In this document: positions 29,671 through 43,834 of the stretch, one piece after another
How positions within the stretch are numbered: position 1 is the stretch's first letter
Layout: each line of letters opens with the position of its first letter
NCBI GenBank assembly: GCA_951406725.2
Contig: OX597821.1
Span: 108,252,001-108,316,000 of the forward strand
Reading direction: 5' to 3'
From: Octopus vulgaris
Lineage: Eukaryota
Length of the DNA stretch: 64,000 nucleotides
Position numbers and translations under genes: made by a program
Notes under the pieces: model-generated
Database searches by the model: none
Told to the model about the DNA's origin: nothing
What the model saw: the letters and a program-made list of their open reading frames with translations, nothing else

Positions 29671-29995
29671 ATAATAAATATTAGGGAATAAATCCAAATT
29701 TACAGGGAAAAAAATCAGATTTAGGATTAAATCCAATTTTATAGTAAAATATTATAAAATATTATTAGAGACAAAACCACTATTTTGTAAAACAAACAAG
29801 GAAAGACTTAATCAATACATAAAATTTTAATAAATAGTCATAATTTGAAACTGACTTATTGAAGTCCACCTGAAGATTGTCGATCAAGACAAGAAACGAT
29901 TGTAGTGGCGGTTTTTTTGACTATTTATTAAAATTTTATGTATTGATTAAGTCTTTCCTTGTTTGTTTTGCAAAATAGTGGTTTTGTCTCTAATA

Positions 29996-30005
<10 letters not shown>
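29667..30005. mobile_element. Fold-back PLE-like element in (TA)n
   Basis: 88-bp inverted repeat 29753-29840/29918-30005 with 1 mismatch; hammerhead in the spacer. Confidence 0.88.
29866..29908 (+). ncRNA. Minimal type-I hammerhead ribozyme motif
   Basis: CCAC-CTGAAGA-TTGTC-GATCAA-GACAA-GAAA-CGATTG-TA-GTGG; stems I and II are perfectly paired. Confidence 0.9.
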
Positions 30006-30060
<55 letters not shown>

Positions 30061-30536
30061 ACATGTATATATACATATATATATATACATCCATATACAT
30101 ATATAAAAAATTAGAAGAAACACACATTTTATCAATTCAAAATGAACAATTAAATTACACCATCTAGAAAATTACATATAATAGAAATATTAAAATTAAA
30201 ATAACAATAAAATGTCAATGATTAAGCGAATTGCAAAAAAATAATAATAATAATAACGTATTTAATAGGTAGAATAACAATATACATATACATATACATT
30301 AATCAATATAGGGTGGCAAAAAAAATTTTGTAGAATTCTTTTGCCACCAGCGGCCTAGTAGGAAAAAATTAAAATAGTCATAGACCATTTTTAAGTTCAA
30401 CATCAACAATAAAGGAACGGCCATAATAGGACATTCACCTACTAGAAATAACAGCCAAAGCTTCAACCGCAAATAAAAGTTAATTCAGTAAACCAGGAGA
30501 AAATTTAAAAAATTATGGCATTTATATACATATATA

Positions 30537-30757
30537 TACTAAATCCTAAAAGTACGAAGAATAAAACACAAAATCAACAACGCGAGTATGTCGTACATGT
30601 GAGGTATTAGCAGACGCTCAGGGGAGAAAAGAAAAGTGGTTTAACGTTTCGAGCAAAGCTCTTCTTCAGAAATAGGGGATAGAGGAATGTCCAATAGAAA
30701 CGAAGACGGAGGAAAAGAAATCCCCAACGATTCACATGTGGTTACATTTTGAAATGC
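30537..30757 (-). mobile_element. PLE pseudo-LTR (family P1) with hammerhead at 30640-30672
   Basis: Minus strand reads TTT-CTGAAGA-A-GAGC-TTT-GCTC-GAAA-CG-TT-AAA. It begins CATTTCAAAATGTAACCAC like the copy at 42860. (TA)n flanks. Confidence 0.8.
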
Positions 30758-30776
30758 GTGTATATATATTATATGT

Positions 30777-30819
<43 letters not shown>

Positions 30820-30892
30820 TGTATATATATATATATATATATACACACACATATACATATATATATATATATGCATATATACATATATAGGC

Positions 30893-31292
30893 TCAGGAGT
30901 GGCTGTGTGGAAAGTAGCTAGCTAACCAGCCACATGGTTCTGGGTTCAGTCCCACGGTGTGGCACATTGGGAAGTGTCTTCTACTATAGCATCGGGCCGA
31001 TCAAAACCTTGTGAGTGGATTTTGTACACGGAAACTGAAAGAAGCCCTTCGTACATATGTATGTATATATGTGTGTGATTGTGTGTTTGTGTGTCCCCCC
31101 CCCCCCCCAGCAACATCGCTTAACAACCGACGCTGTGTGTTTACGTCCCCGTAACTTTGCGGTACGGCAAAAGAGACCGATAGAATAAGTGCTAGACATA
31201 CAAAGAATAATTCCTGGGGTCGATTTGGACGACTAAAGGCGGTGCTACAGCATGGCCGCAGTCAAATAGCTGAAACAAGTAAAAGAGTAAAG
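30893..31292 (+). mobile_element. SINE family B, full length
   Basis: A box TGGCTGTGTGG, B box GGTTCAGTCCC, internal microsatellite, conserved tail. Confidence 0.9.
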
Positions 31293-31443
31293 TGTATATA
31301 TTTAAATAAGGATAAGATCGTTATTTAAATACCGGCTGTGTGCATACGTGCATATATATATATATATATATGTGTATATATTCGTATATGTAAGTATATC
31401 GTATGTTGTATATATATTTGTATTTATGTGCTATCTGAGTATA

Positions 31444-31500
31444 TTCTACTGATGAAGGCAGAGCATTTCTTATGCACAGTCAGAAATCCAGGATCTGGAA
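31444..31500 (+). ncRNA. Hammerhead motif with a degenerate stem II
   Basis: TTCTA-CTGATGA-AGGCAGAGCAT-TTCTT-ATGCACAGTCA-GAAA-TCCAGGA-TC-TGGAA; AUC site. Confidence 0.6.
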
Positions 31501-31954
31501 ATATCCAGTGATTTTTCTTTTGCTAGTTTATATTGTCTGTTTATCTTCTCTCCTGGTGCTGTATGGACATTTAATGTGGTTTTAGAGACAAGTTTTGGCT
31601 ACTATTTCCAGCGTGGTGGTATCTCTTAGATACCCTAACTTATAATTTTAATAGTATATACATATATATGTATAAATGCATACATGCATGTATGCGTGTG
31701 TGCATGCGTGTATATATATGGATGGATGTGTGTATATGAGGTTACGTCTATACCTAAACGACCAGTACGCAGTTGCGCAGTCTTTGCACGTGTGAGGGTG
31801 GTTGTGGGTGTGTGGGTGTGCGTATGTCTGTAGGTCGGTAGAGCAATAAAACGAAGCTGTGTGCAAGACGTGTGACGAAACCCGCTTCTCTGGATTCTCA
31901 CCTCATCAGTTGAGGATCAGGGACACAGTTGACCTGATGGACTTCAATAAATCA

Positions 31955-33157
31955 ATCACCGCTACCGCCACCAACACCACCAACAACAACACCGCCGCCA
32001 CCACCACCACCACCACCACCACTACCGCCACCATTCCAGCAATAACAACCACACCACCGCCGCCAACACCGCTCTACACCCAGCAACGCCCTTCATGATA
32101 ATTATCTTTTACCACACGTCATACCACACGCCACCACCACAACCACTACCTCCCCCACCACCGCCATCATCATTGTCATCCACACCCTCTTTCGCCTTTT
32201 CCTCCTTCTCTTCTTCCTCCACCTCCGCATCATCATCATCATCATCGTCATCGTCGTCGTCGCCATCAACATCGGCAATGTCATCACCATCACAATCATC
32301 ATCGCCATCAATGTCGTATGAATATCATTGTTGCCACCGCCGTCATCGTTAACACTACAATCCTCTAAACAAGTGTCACCACCACCACCGCCACCACCAC
32401 ACCCATACCCCCACCATCGTCAGCCTCATTACCATCATCATCATCATCATCATCATCATCATTATCAACATCAGCAGCAGTAACAACAATTGACACCACT
32501 ACCAACACCACCACCACTACCACCACACTAACAGTCCCTCGACGCCACCCGCGCTGCCTTGTCCCCATCGCCGACAGCCTCGCCTACACCGCTGTTATAT
32601 CAGCCGCTGCCCCCACCACCGCCGCCTGGTATAAACTCCACCACCACCAATGCTTGAAGTAAATATGGAAATACCTGGACAGGCTCCACAGCCTGCTAGA
32701 AATATCAACTAAATTCACATCTCGCTCGTATCATGTACCAAAGGAACAAGGAGGAAAAAATATGTCTTCCTGGAGTTTGTTGCATTAAGGAAATAAATGG
32801 ATAAATAGACGCGGGATGGTCATGGATGGAATGCCTTTCAGTAAAGATCTACTGGAAGTAGGAGGACGCGGGGCTAAACAGCACAAACAACAAACACCAA
32901 TTTTGTGACTATTATCATTTTGGTTGCTGTTGCTTAGCTGATGCATCTGGGTGACAATGATGATGATGATGGGAATGATGATGATAAAGGGGAAGATGAT
33001 GATGACGATGATGATGACATTGATGGTGGTGGTGATAATACTGCTGTTGCTACTGTTGCTACTATTACTATCACCCCACCCCCACCACCACCACCACCAC
33101 CACCACCACCACCACCACCCACCACCACCACCACCACACACCACCACCACCACCACC

Positions 33158-33189
<32 letters not shown>

Positions 33190-33377
33190 AACTACTACTA
33201 CTACTACTACTACTACTGCTACTACTACTACTGCTACTATTAATACTACAACTACAATTATTACTACTACCACCACCATCACTGCTACGAATACCACCAT
33301 AACCACCACCATACTACTACTACTACTGCTACCAGCAGACTACTACCATGGCGGCTGTTGCTGCCACCACCATCACA

Positions 33378-33441
<64 letters not shown>

Positions 33442-33450
33442 TTTCTACTA
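31955..33450. repeat. (CAC)n/(CAT)n/(TAC)n low-complexity field
   Basis: Read directly. Confidence 0.9.
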
Positions 33451-34309
33451 CTGTCACTGTAGAAGTGTCATATCTTCCACACCTTGTCTTTCTTCTTTCT
33501 CTTCTCTCCATTCTCCACCTTCCCTTCTCTCCCCTGCTCCTCCTCTTCCCCTCTTATTACCCCTCTCTTTTCATCACCATAGTCTCTCTCTCTCTCCTCC
33601 GCTACTCCTCTTCTCCGCCCTGCCTATTCTTTTCCCCTCTCCTTCTCAACTTCGTCCCCAAGACACACCACCCCATGCCACATCGTCACCCTCACCTCCA
33701 TCCATCCTGCTCCATCCCCACCCACCACCAGCCCGTCCCTCACCTTTCCACCGACACCTAACCCCTCAACCCACCACACTTGCAAACCTCGTCATCGCCG
33801 CAGTGATGTCGCAGTGCGTGTAATCCGAACGCAAACAGCTACGCGAGTGAGGCACGTGCGCACGCGATCCCCCTTTCTACAGGCGTGTAAGGGTAGGTCC
33901 AGGCAGGGACACACAGACACGTGCAAAGTGCCACCGAAGACACGCATTTCTAGGACGATGTCCCGTGCCCGCTGCTCTCGCGGCCGTGCAGATTACACAC
34001 AGCTCGTGGATGCTCGTAAAGCGGGCGGCCCGATGCCTACATTCGCTCAGGCTCATTGCGAATCGAAACACACAGGTGCAGCCATTTTTCTATGCATATA
34101 TTAAATTAATAAACTGCGCACCTGCAGACGTGAATGTGTGGTTATGGATGTGTGTGTCTGTGTGTGTGTGTGTGTGTAGTGGGTATACATATATACATAT
34201 ATATGTATAAATATGTACATTTACACATACTCGCTCTCACACACATACATACACATATATAGAGAGCTCACAGAGAGAGATCAGGATATATGAATAGATA
34301 GATGGATAG

Positions 34310-34340
<31 letters not shown>

Positions 34341-34393
34341 AATAGATAGATGGATATATGTATGTGCGCTTGCAAGCAAGGTTGTATATGTGA

Positions 34394-34527
<134 letters not shown>

Positions 34528-34592
34528 GTGTATATATATATGTGTATATATATGTGTGTGTATATATATATGTGTGTGTGTGTATATGCATG

Positions 34593-34623
<31 letters not shown>

Positions 34624-34631
34624 ATTATCTA

Positions 34632-34726
<95 letters not shown>

Positions 34727-34829
34727 TCGCCATACTAATATGGCATTCTTATAAAAATAAGAATAAAGCTGACCGCTTATTAGCTCCATGAGGCCATCGC
34801 CTTAAGTTAGCTATTAATTTTAATATTTC

Positions 34830-34902
<73 letters not shown>

Positions 34903-35140
34903 TATATATATTACTTGGAAAAGGATGCGTGGCGTTCGATCATATAAACGCGGAGGATATAAAACTTCTACGGAGACGGTAGAAACACGGAGTAGATGAA
35001 ACAGGGACAACTGATGAAGGAGAATATTCTTTATGTTGCAAGTCTCGTTTCTCATTGTGTTCAACGTTTTTTTTATGTCCTGTACCCATATATGCATGTA
35101 TATATATGTATGTATATATACATATATTTATATATTATTC

Positions 35141-35188
<48 letters not shown>

Positions 35189-35421
35189 ACTTGTTTTATT
35201 TATATTTCCTGAGCGCCATATAATACAATTGATAGACAGAGATAGACAGAGAGAGAGAGAGAGAGAAAGCAAGAGTGCTAGAGAAATATATATAAGTACA
35301 TATTGTATACATGTATACAATATATACTTTAATACAATTATACACCTATAAATATATTCGTAAGTATATCTCTAAGCTTGAATATATGTAGTAATACAAA
35401 AATACGTTGTCTCTCGGCCAA

Positions 35422-35510
<89 letters not shown>

Positions 35511-35516
35511 TATTGC

Positions 35517-35560
<44 letters not shown>

Positions 35561-35576
35561 ATTATTATTATTATTA

Positions 35577-35920
35577 CGGCACTCCGTCGGTTGCGACGAC
35601 GGGAGTTTCAGTTGATCTCGTAAAATGAACATGCAGATGGCTGAGCACTCCACAGACACGTGTACTCTTAACGTAGTTCTCTGGGGAGATTCAGCGTGAC
35701 GCAGAGTGTGACAAGGCTGGCCCTTTGAAATATAGAAAGAGTGAGAAAAGGTTGTGGTGAGGGATTACAGCAGGGTCCGCCATCACCCCATGTCGGAGCC
35801 TCGTGGAGCTTTAAGTGTTTTCGCTCAATAAATAAACACTCACAACGCCCGGTCTGGGAACTGAAACAGCGATCCTTTGGCTGCGAGTCAACTACCCTAA
35901 CCACTGAGCCATTGCGCCTT
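35577..35920 (-). mobile_element. SINE family A1
   Basis: Homologous to 1543-1943; head AGGCGCAATGGCTCAGTGGTTAGGG. Confidence 0.88.
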
Positions 35921-36599
35921 CACACACAAACACACACACACACACACACGCATATGTGTATGTATATGTGTGTGTGTGCACGATGTACATATATATTTAA
36001 ACGACGGTGCATCACCATGGCCGCAGCTCTGAGCTGAAACTTTAAAAAAATTATCTACACGCATACACACGCGTGTACGGGCGTATATATGCATTCATTC
36101 ATACTTCAATTCTTTAATTCTTAAATCCTTTTAATCTTTATCGTGTCCCATTTTATGCAAGGTTTGTGTTGGAAGATTATCAAGTCATTTGCAAAGCATA
36201 GTCCGAGGGTCAAGCTCCGACGCAAGGGTCATTATTGACACAACTCTTCTGTTGGATTAAGTACGACGTCGTTGAAAGTTAACCCAACGTTTCACATTTC
36301 ATTCATACAGCTCCTTTCGTAGTTGCTGTTGTTACTGTTGCTCTGATATAACCCTAGGTCAGTGCTCAATGAATGAACAATGGTCAAAAGCTCTTCAGTC
36401 ACAGACAAAATAGCGAAATTTCCGTTTTTAAAGTCCCTGTTCTCAAATTCCACCGAGGTCAACTTTGCTTTTCATCCTTTCTGAGCCGATAAATTAAGTA
36501 CCAGTGAAACAATGGACTCAATGTAATCAACTTCTCCCCTCCCCACAAATTTCAGGCCTTATGCATATAGTAGAAAGAATCATTATTATTATTATTATT

Positions 36600-37147
36600 T
36601 TGGTTTGGCTCAGGCTCGGTCTTACCCTGATATGATTTATGTGGGTAGCGCGTTTCTACCTGTGACCTTAGGTATCCACAATTAAGGTGGCGAGCTGGCA
36701 GAAACGTTAGCACACCGGGCGAAATGCGTAGCCGTATTTCGTCTGCCGTTACGTTGTGAGTTCAAATTCCGCCGAGGTCGACTTTGCCTTTCATCCTTTC
36801 GGGGTTGATAAATATTAAGTACCAGTTACACACTGGGGGTCGATGTAATCAACTTAATCCCTTTGTCTGTCCTTGTTTGTCCTCTCTGTGTTTAACCCCT
36901 TGTGGGTAATAAAGAAATAGGTATCCACAATTCTCCAGCAGTCTTTCAAGTGCTTACAACCTTCCTGCTAATCCTTGCTGTCCCCGAGAGACAAACATTC
37001 TGCAGGAGCTCTACCGGGGATTATATTTCAAACTCCATCAGCCGTTTGTCTATATTTTAAATTAATGTTCCCAACGCACCAATTATTTTAAGCACGACTT
37101 TTACTATTCACAGGCTCCAAACTCTTCCTATTTCAAATTTGAAGAGA
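36600..37147 (-). mobile_element. 3' end of an R4/Dong-like LINE between (TAA)n tracts, interrupted by a SINE
   Basis: My translation of 36945-37140 minus gives FEIGRVWSL*IVKVVLKIIGALGT...VELLQNVCLSGTARISRKVVST*. (TTA)n lies at 36583-36599 and 37148-37220. Confidence 0.75.
36684..36917 (+). mobile_element. SINE family C with a 15-bp TSD
   Basis: TAGGTATCCACAATT at 36669-36683 and 36918-36932. Confidence 0.93.
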
Positions 37148-37167
37148 ATTATTATTATTATTATTGC

Positions 37168-37219
<52 letters not shown>

Positions 37220-37454
37220 GCTGCTGTTGTTGTTGTTGTTGTTGTTAAAGAAGAATATTATTGACAATTTCGGCCACTTAAGCTAACGGCAGACTGTGAT
37301 ACATTCAAGTGCAGTAGTATTTACATTTTAGGGTGAGTTATGGGCTGGTGTTTATACATACATACATACATACATACATACATGCATACATACATGCATA
37401 CATACATGCATACATACATACATACATACATACATACATACATACATACATACA

Positions 37455-37535
<81 letters not shown>

Positions 37536-37747
37536 GAAAGAAAGTTTGAAAATGCAATTTAAAAGATGTTTATTTACTTTACCGGTTTCACTCTTTGGGG
37601 AAAGATTGTCAAAAGTAACATGTAGAAGTTTGGTTGCGTTAATTATTGGTTGTTGCAAATTGCTACATTACATATATACAGTATTTGGTAACAGGGACAT
37701 GTTAAGGACATAAAAAAGTTCAACATATATACATATGTATATGACAG

Positions 37748-37873
37748 GGTGTGTGGTAAGAAGCTTGCTTCCCAACCATATGGTTCCATGTTCAGCTCCA
37801 CTGCATGACACCTGTCGACCAAAACCTTGTGAGTGGATCTGGTAGACGGAAACTGAAAGAAGCCCATCGTGTA

Positions 37874-37910
<37 letters not shown>

Positions 37911-38025
37911 TTGTGTGTGTGTATGTATTTGTGTATGTATTTTCCCCCCACCATCCCGTGTGTTTACGTCTTGTAACTTAACAATTCGGCAATAGAGACT
38001 GATAGATTAAAAGAAATAAAGAACA
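37748..38025 (+). mobile_element. SINE family B, internally deleted
   Basis: Family B motifs. Confidence 0.8.
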
Positions 38026-38038
38026 TATGTGTGTGTGT

Positions 38039-38103
<65 letters not shown>

Positions 38104-39324
38104 CGCTTTATGCTCTTGTTACTTCCGTCTCAACCGATACAATAAAATCTACGCTTCCCCGGCGACGTCAGATAGAACTGAATTATGCTGTAGCATGACA
38201 TAATGTGGGGGAAAAAACTTCGATAAATTGAGACTATCCACGTAATCAGAAGGTAAAAACTTCCTTCAATATTATTTGAGATCTAAAAGCAATAAGCAAG
38301 GCACTTTGTTATAGGAAGCTCATTCTCTGACTAAACTGATTGATGGAGGGAGGAAGAGTATTATGAGTGGAGACATGTGTGAAGGATAAGTTACTCTCCT
38401 GGCCAATGGGTTCGTCTTGTTATGTCGGTTGATTGATTGGCTGCAACTGGTGGGCCAAGGGAACACTCTGCAGCTGTTCTGCCATCTGACCATCAAGTGA
38501 CCATCCATTGATGGATCTATGAGTCATTTCGGGACTTTAATCGTAATCTCATTTATTTGTTAATCTGGTATTATATTTATTTCTGTATTTATCTATAGTC
38601 GAGAGTGAGAGCATATTTGAAAGACATCAGCGAAACACGTGCGTATGAGCATACACGAATGCATGTGCGTGCGTATAAGAATGATTAAGTTTATATACAC
38701 ACATATATTCAACAATGAGCGAAACAAATGTGATTGATTAATCCTGTATGGGGGGATGGGGGGAGTGTTGAGGAATAAGTGAGTGAATGAGGTACTTAAA
38801 AAATATGTACCTGTACCTGCATGTGAGTGTGTGTGTGTGTGTGTGTGTGCCAGCGAGTCTCTCGGTATGAATTTATGCGAGCATCAGGAACATATAGGTA
38901 AGGTTGTCGTTGTGAGAGTGCTACTGTATGTAGGGATACATATATGTATGTTTGTATGTATGCATGTGCGCATGTGTGTATATATATATATATTATACTT
39001 GTATGTATGAATGCAAGTATGCATGTATGTTTGCATGTGTGTATACATGCATGCATCTATGTATGCACGTATGAGAGTATTAATGTATGCATACATGTAT
39101 GTATTAATGTATATGTGCATGCATGCAAGTATGTACGTATGTATGTATGTGTCTATGTATGCATGCATGTATATATGTATCTATGTATGCATGCATGTAT
39201 GTATGTATCTATGTATGCATGCATGTATGTATATATGTATGTATCTATGCATGTATGCATCCATGTATGTATGTATGAATGTATGCATGCATGTATGTAT
39301 GTATGTATGTATATTATGTAGATC

Positions 39325-39530
39325 GGCTTCAAATTTTGTAGCACAAAGCCGACAATTTAGGGAAAGGGAGAGTCAATTAAATCGATCCAGTACGCAACTG
39401 GTACTTAATTTATCGACCCTGAAATGATGAAAGGCAAAGTCGACCTCGGCTGAATTTGAACTCAGAACATAAAGACGGACGAAATAGGATCAGCATTTTC
39501 CCTGCCTGCAAACCTTTCTGCCAGCTCGCA
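39325..39530 (-). mobile_element. SINE family C
   Basis: Reverse complement of the consensus. Confidence 0.85.
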
Positions 39531-39674
39531 TTATGTGTATACACATACATACATACATACATACATACATACATACATACATACATACATACATTCATAC
39601 ATACATACATACATACATACATACATACATACATACATACATACATTAATACATACATACATACGTACATACGT

Positions 39675-39719
<45 letters not shown>

Positions 39720-39722
<3 letters not shown>

Positions 39723-39949
39723 TCTTTACTCTTTTTTACTCTTTTACTTGTTTCAGTCATTTGACTGCGGCCATGCTGGAGCACCGCCTTTTAGTCGAGC
39801 AAATCGACCCCGAGACTTATTCTTTGTAAGCCCAGTACTTATTCTATCGGTCTCTTTTGCCGACCGCTAAGTGACGGGGACGTAAACACACCAACATTGG
39901 TTGTCAAGCAATGTTAGGAGGACAAACACAGACACACAAACACACACAC

Positions 39950-39990
<41 letters not shown>

Positions 39991-40147
39991 GACAGGTTTC
40001 TTTCAGTTTCCGTCTACCAAATCCAATCACAAGGCATTGGTCGGCCCGGGGCTATAGCAGAAGACACTTGCCCAAGATGCCACGTAGTGGGACTGAACCC
40101 GGAACCATGTGGTTGGTTAGCAAGCTACTTACCACACAGCCACTCCT
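39720..40147 (-). mobile_element. SINE family B, full length
   Basis: Complete head, internal (TA)n and tail. Confidence 0.92.
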
Positions 40148-40427
40148 ATTTATATATATATATATATAAATATGTATGTGTTTCTGTATGTGCACGAATG
40201 TGTGTACGTGTCTGTGCGTGTGTACGCGTTTAGTGTCTATTTTGGTGAAGCGGTGCGAATGCCCGTTCGTATGGCTATGCATTGTAAAGAAGCATTACAC
40301 AGTTACCTCCCTTACCTCGGACTTAATTAGCTGACATTCTTTATGCTTATATTACTACTAGTGTAGAGCTGCATGTATGTACGTGTGTATGTATGTATAT
40401 ATGTATGTATATATATATGTATGTATT

Positions 40428-40660
40428 AGGCGGCGAGCTGGCAGAAACGTTAGCACGCCGGGCGAAATGCGTAGCCGTATTCCGTCTGTCGTTAACGTTC
40501 TGAGTTCAAATTCCGCCGAGGTCGACTTTGCCTTTCATCCTTTCGGGGTCGATAAATTAAGTACCAGTTACGTACTGGGGTCGATGTAATCGACCTAATA
40601 CCTATGTCTGTCCTTGTTTGTCCCCTCTGTCTTTAGCCCCTTGTGGGTAATAAAGAAATA
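40428..40660 (+). mobile_element. SINE family C
   Basis: Near-consensus copy inserted in (TATG)n. Confidence 0.92.
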
Positions 40661-40734
40661 TGTATGTATATATGTATGTATGTATGTATATAACAACATA
40701 AGGCAACAACAACAACAGCAACAACGACAACAAA

Positions 40735-40827
<93 letters not shown>

Positions 40828-40831
<4 letters not shown>

Positions 40832-41485
40832 ACAAGGCAGTGGCTCCCGTGGCTTCTGATCTTAACTGATTGGAAGTTTTACCATGTACATCGTTTTGTC
40901 TTGCTATAAATGATGAGCTACAGCAAATATCCTGCTCAATACCACAGATTTGCTTGTCAGTTGTTTGACCTTAACCAGTTGAGCATGTCCCTTAGTGGCT
41001 GACGATATGTGCTTCTCTGTAGTGGGGGTGCATCATAGCCATGTGTTGAAATGAATACTTTGAGGTTTGAGTAATTCAACTTTGGAAACATGGGTATTTC
41101 GTTCAACATCCTTAAACAACCCTTATTCAGGGACCGTTTGAGCGGTATGGGAGAATCAACCTGAAGAAAATTCTAACTGGGCCCCACCTGCAAGATCATA
41201 TGCTGTCTATTTTGATACAAGATCACCATATCACGGACATATGGTTGTGATACATGTGCTTGGTGTACCCTTATCAGACGGGTAGTCATGATGGGTATAT
41301 TGGGCTTCGTATATTTTACCCCAGTGTCACTTTGATGGCATGCACTGCTCTCTCACTCAATAATCATACTAATCTGATTGGAAGTGTAATCATGCATATT
41401 TTTTTGTCTTGGTATAAAAGATGGGCTACAGCAAATATTCTACCCAATACCATACATTTGCTTGTCAGTTGTTTGACCATGTTAA
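40828..41485 (+). mobile_element. Repeat family T after (TAA)n, plus a partial second unit (41370-41485)
   Basis: Homologous to 24463-24900 and partly to 45620-45770. Confidence 0.85.
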
Positions 41486-41758
41486 GTTCAAACAACTGAC
41501 ATGTTTGCCATATAAACACACGCACTATATATTTTTTCTTCATTCGTTTGTTACTTTTCTCATTTTAATTCATGTCCATTGTCTGGAAATCTTTCATCAC
41601 ACATTTGTGACCTCTTCAGTAACACATTTCGCTTCCGTGTGCGTTCTTGCTCCGCTTCATTCTATTCTTCTAAGACGTTCTTCTATAGATATAGAGACAT
41701 ACATACATACATACATACATACATACATACATACATACATACGGACAGAAAGACAGAC

Positions 41759-41812
<54 letters not shown>

Positions 41813-41908
41813 GTACGTAGACACTCATACATGTATGTGTGTGTATACGTGTATATACGTATGCATATGTACTCACAAACACACGCATATATGTATATAT
41901 ATATATGT

Positions 41909-41945
<37 letters not shown>

Positions 41946-42721
41946 TGTATAATGCATGGATCCATGTATGTATATTTATATATTCATATCTTCGTATATA
42001 TGCAACTCTTATAGCAACTCTTCTGGCGCACTATTGTCCTTGTAGTGGCGGTGGTGGTGGTGGTGGTGGTGGTGGTGGTGGTAGTAGTTGCAGCAGCAGG
42101 AACCCCAACCCCCAAGTCCAGCAGCAGCAGTAGATTCTGTCAGTCAGTCAGTGTACTTACCCAGCCAGGCACAATTTGACTGACTGTGAATGGAAACGTC
42201 AGCGACAACAGGGAACCGTGAAAGCCATAGTCTCGGCTCGGCTTTCCGGGAATCCCCCTTACCCCCCCACCCCACCCTTCTCATCTCTCCCTCTCCTCCT
42301 CCTCCTCTCCTCCTTTTCCTCCTTCCCTTTCTTAATTCACTCTATATTTCCCCCTTTTTTTCTTTATTCACTGGTTTTCTCCGTCCGCTGTAGCAACAGC
42401 GAAAAATGAAAAGAATTTTTTAAAATATGTAACACCAAACAAACTCAGGGTGGATATTCAATCTAATGTGGCCGATCGACCTGCTAGAAATGACAGCGAA
42501 ATAAGTTAAATTAGCCTTTGAAATTATATGTTGCATAGGTGTTGTAATTAAAATAGGTTCCGAAATATAAAAAAGTTCTTTCGGATGATTCAGGCTTAAT
42601 CGGAATTTAAAGCAACTAAAAAAAAAGAGAGATAAGATAAATAAGAGATTATATTGCATATTTCGCATAATTCTTTCATAATTCTGGGGTCGTGGTACCT
42701 GAAAGAATCCGGAGGGTGTTG

Positions 42722-43405
<684 letters not shown>

Positions 43406-43834
43406 TGACTGAAACGAATAAAAGGACACCTCTTTAAGTTCAGAGTTCAAATCCCATCTGGTTATTTTTGTGTTTGTTTTGCTTTTTAAATTTCTGAGCT
43501 CCTTAAATACATATTGTGATTGGATCAATGTAATCGATTATAGATTATTAAAAAGATGGTTTTCTAGCATGGCTGCAGCCCAATGTCTAATGACCAGCAA
43601 GATGCGATGTATTTAGTTCAAGCTGCGTTTGTGTCCAACGTGTCTTTCATTTATCGCATCAAGGTCGATAAAGCAATCATATTCGGTAAATTAATTACAT
43701 AGCTTGATCTGAGTAACTATATTATATACCCTAGAGAAACGGTATTTGCTCTAGTATGGTCGCAGTCCAGTGACTGAAATCTGCAAGACAATAAAGAGCA
43801 AATAATAGCGATTTGATAGTTTAATATATATCTT

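Noticed and set aside
31900-31910. Isolated CTGATGAG on the minus strand (also at about 24805)
   Set aside because: There is no downstream GAAA or stems, and the paralog of the 24805 site lacks the motif.
34960-35090. GAAAC...GTA and CTGATGA in a (TA)n-flanked island
   Set aside because: I could not build consistent stems in any permutation. It may still be a PLE-related fragment.
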